Positions 63,747-64,000 of a stretch of 64,000 nucleotides of DNA are shown piece by piece. The translations under genes and the position numbers were made by a program. The stretch is from Lingula anatina. Lineage: Eukaryota; Animalia; Brachiopoda. The stretch lies in the NCBI GenBank assembly GCA_051362555.1, contig CM120644.1, forward strand, positions 20,730,534 through 20,794,533. The letters are read 5' to 3'. The notes below the pieces were generated by a model, which saw only the letters and a program-made list of their open reading frames with translations, had not been told where the DNA came from and made no database searches. Positions within the stretch are counted from its first letter, which is position 1. Each line of letters begins with the position of its first letter.

Positions 63747-64000
63747 TAACACCCTGTAATCTAGTTCTAACAGATTACTGGCTTCGGAACAAAGGACATT
63801 AAAATTTGAACTGCAAGGTGTGAAGCATTATCTGAACAACTTGTACAACTTGGCTTCCCATGTCTGAATTTTATCAAACAATGGCTTCCTCTGATTGAGT
63901 TAATACAACATCATGTATGAAAGTTTTAAAAGTACTAATTACACTTTTTTCTATTCTGTGGTTCCTTACATGCTGTTTACAAATTCTTCATGTCAGAGGG

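Overview
AT-rich, repeat-dense animal genomic DNA; the repeat types suggest a marine invertebrate, which is an inference. No prokaryotic features were seen. The main feature is a full-length, degenerate, env-bearing Ty3/Gypsy provirus on the minus strand (25904-36551). It has two ~98% identical LTRs, a 4-bp AACT target-site duplication (TSD), a tRNA-Arg-like primer-binding site, a polypurine tract, gag, PR-RT-RH-IN, and a class I fusion (baculovirus F/errantivirus-type) env with a long Tyr-motif-rich cytoplasmic tail. Its RT is split just after YLDD by a CCCAG-terminated CACTA/EnSpm-like element, which itself carries a deleted second Gypsy. The rest of the window is a mosaic of Tc1/mariner relics, a Penelope relic, LINE 3' fragments, MITEs, Helentron/HINE-like elements with ~161-bp tandem cores, a Kolobok-like element, a solo LTR and local duplications. 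A few small exons near 59-64 kb probably encode the C-terminus of a host gene. All alignments and translations were done by eye; no database searches were run.
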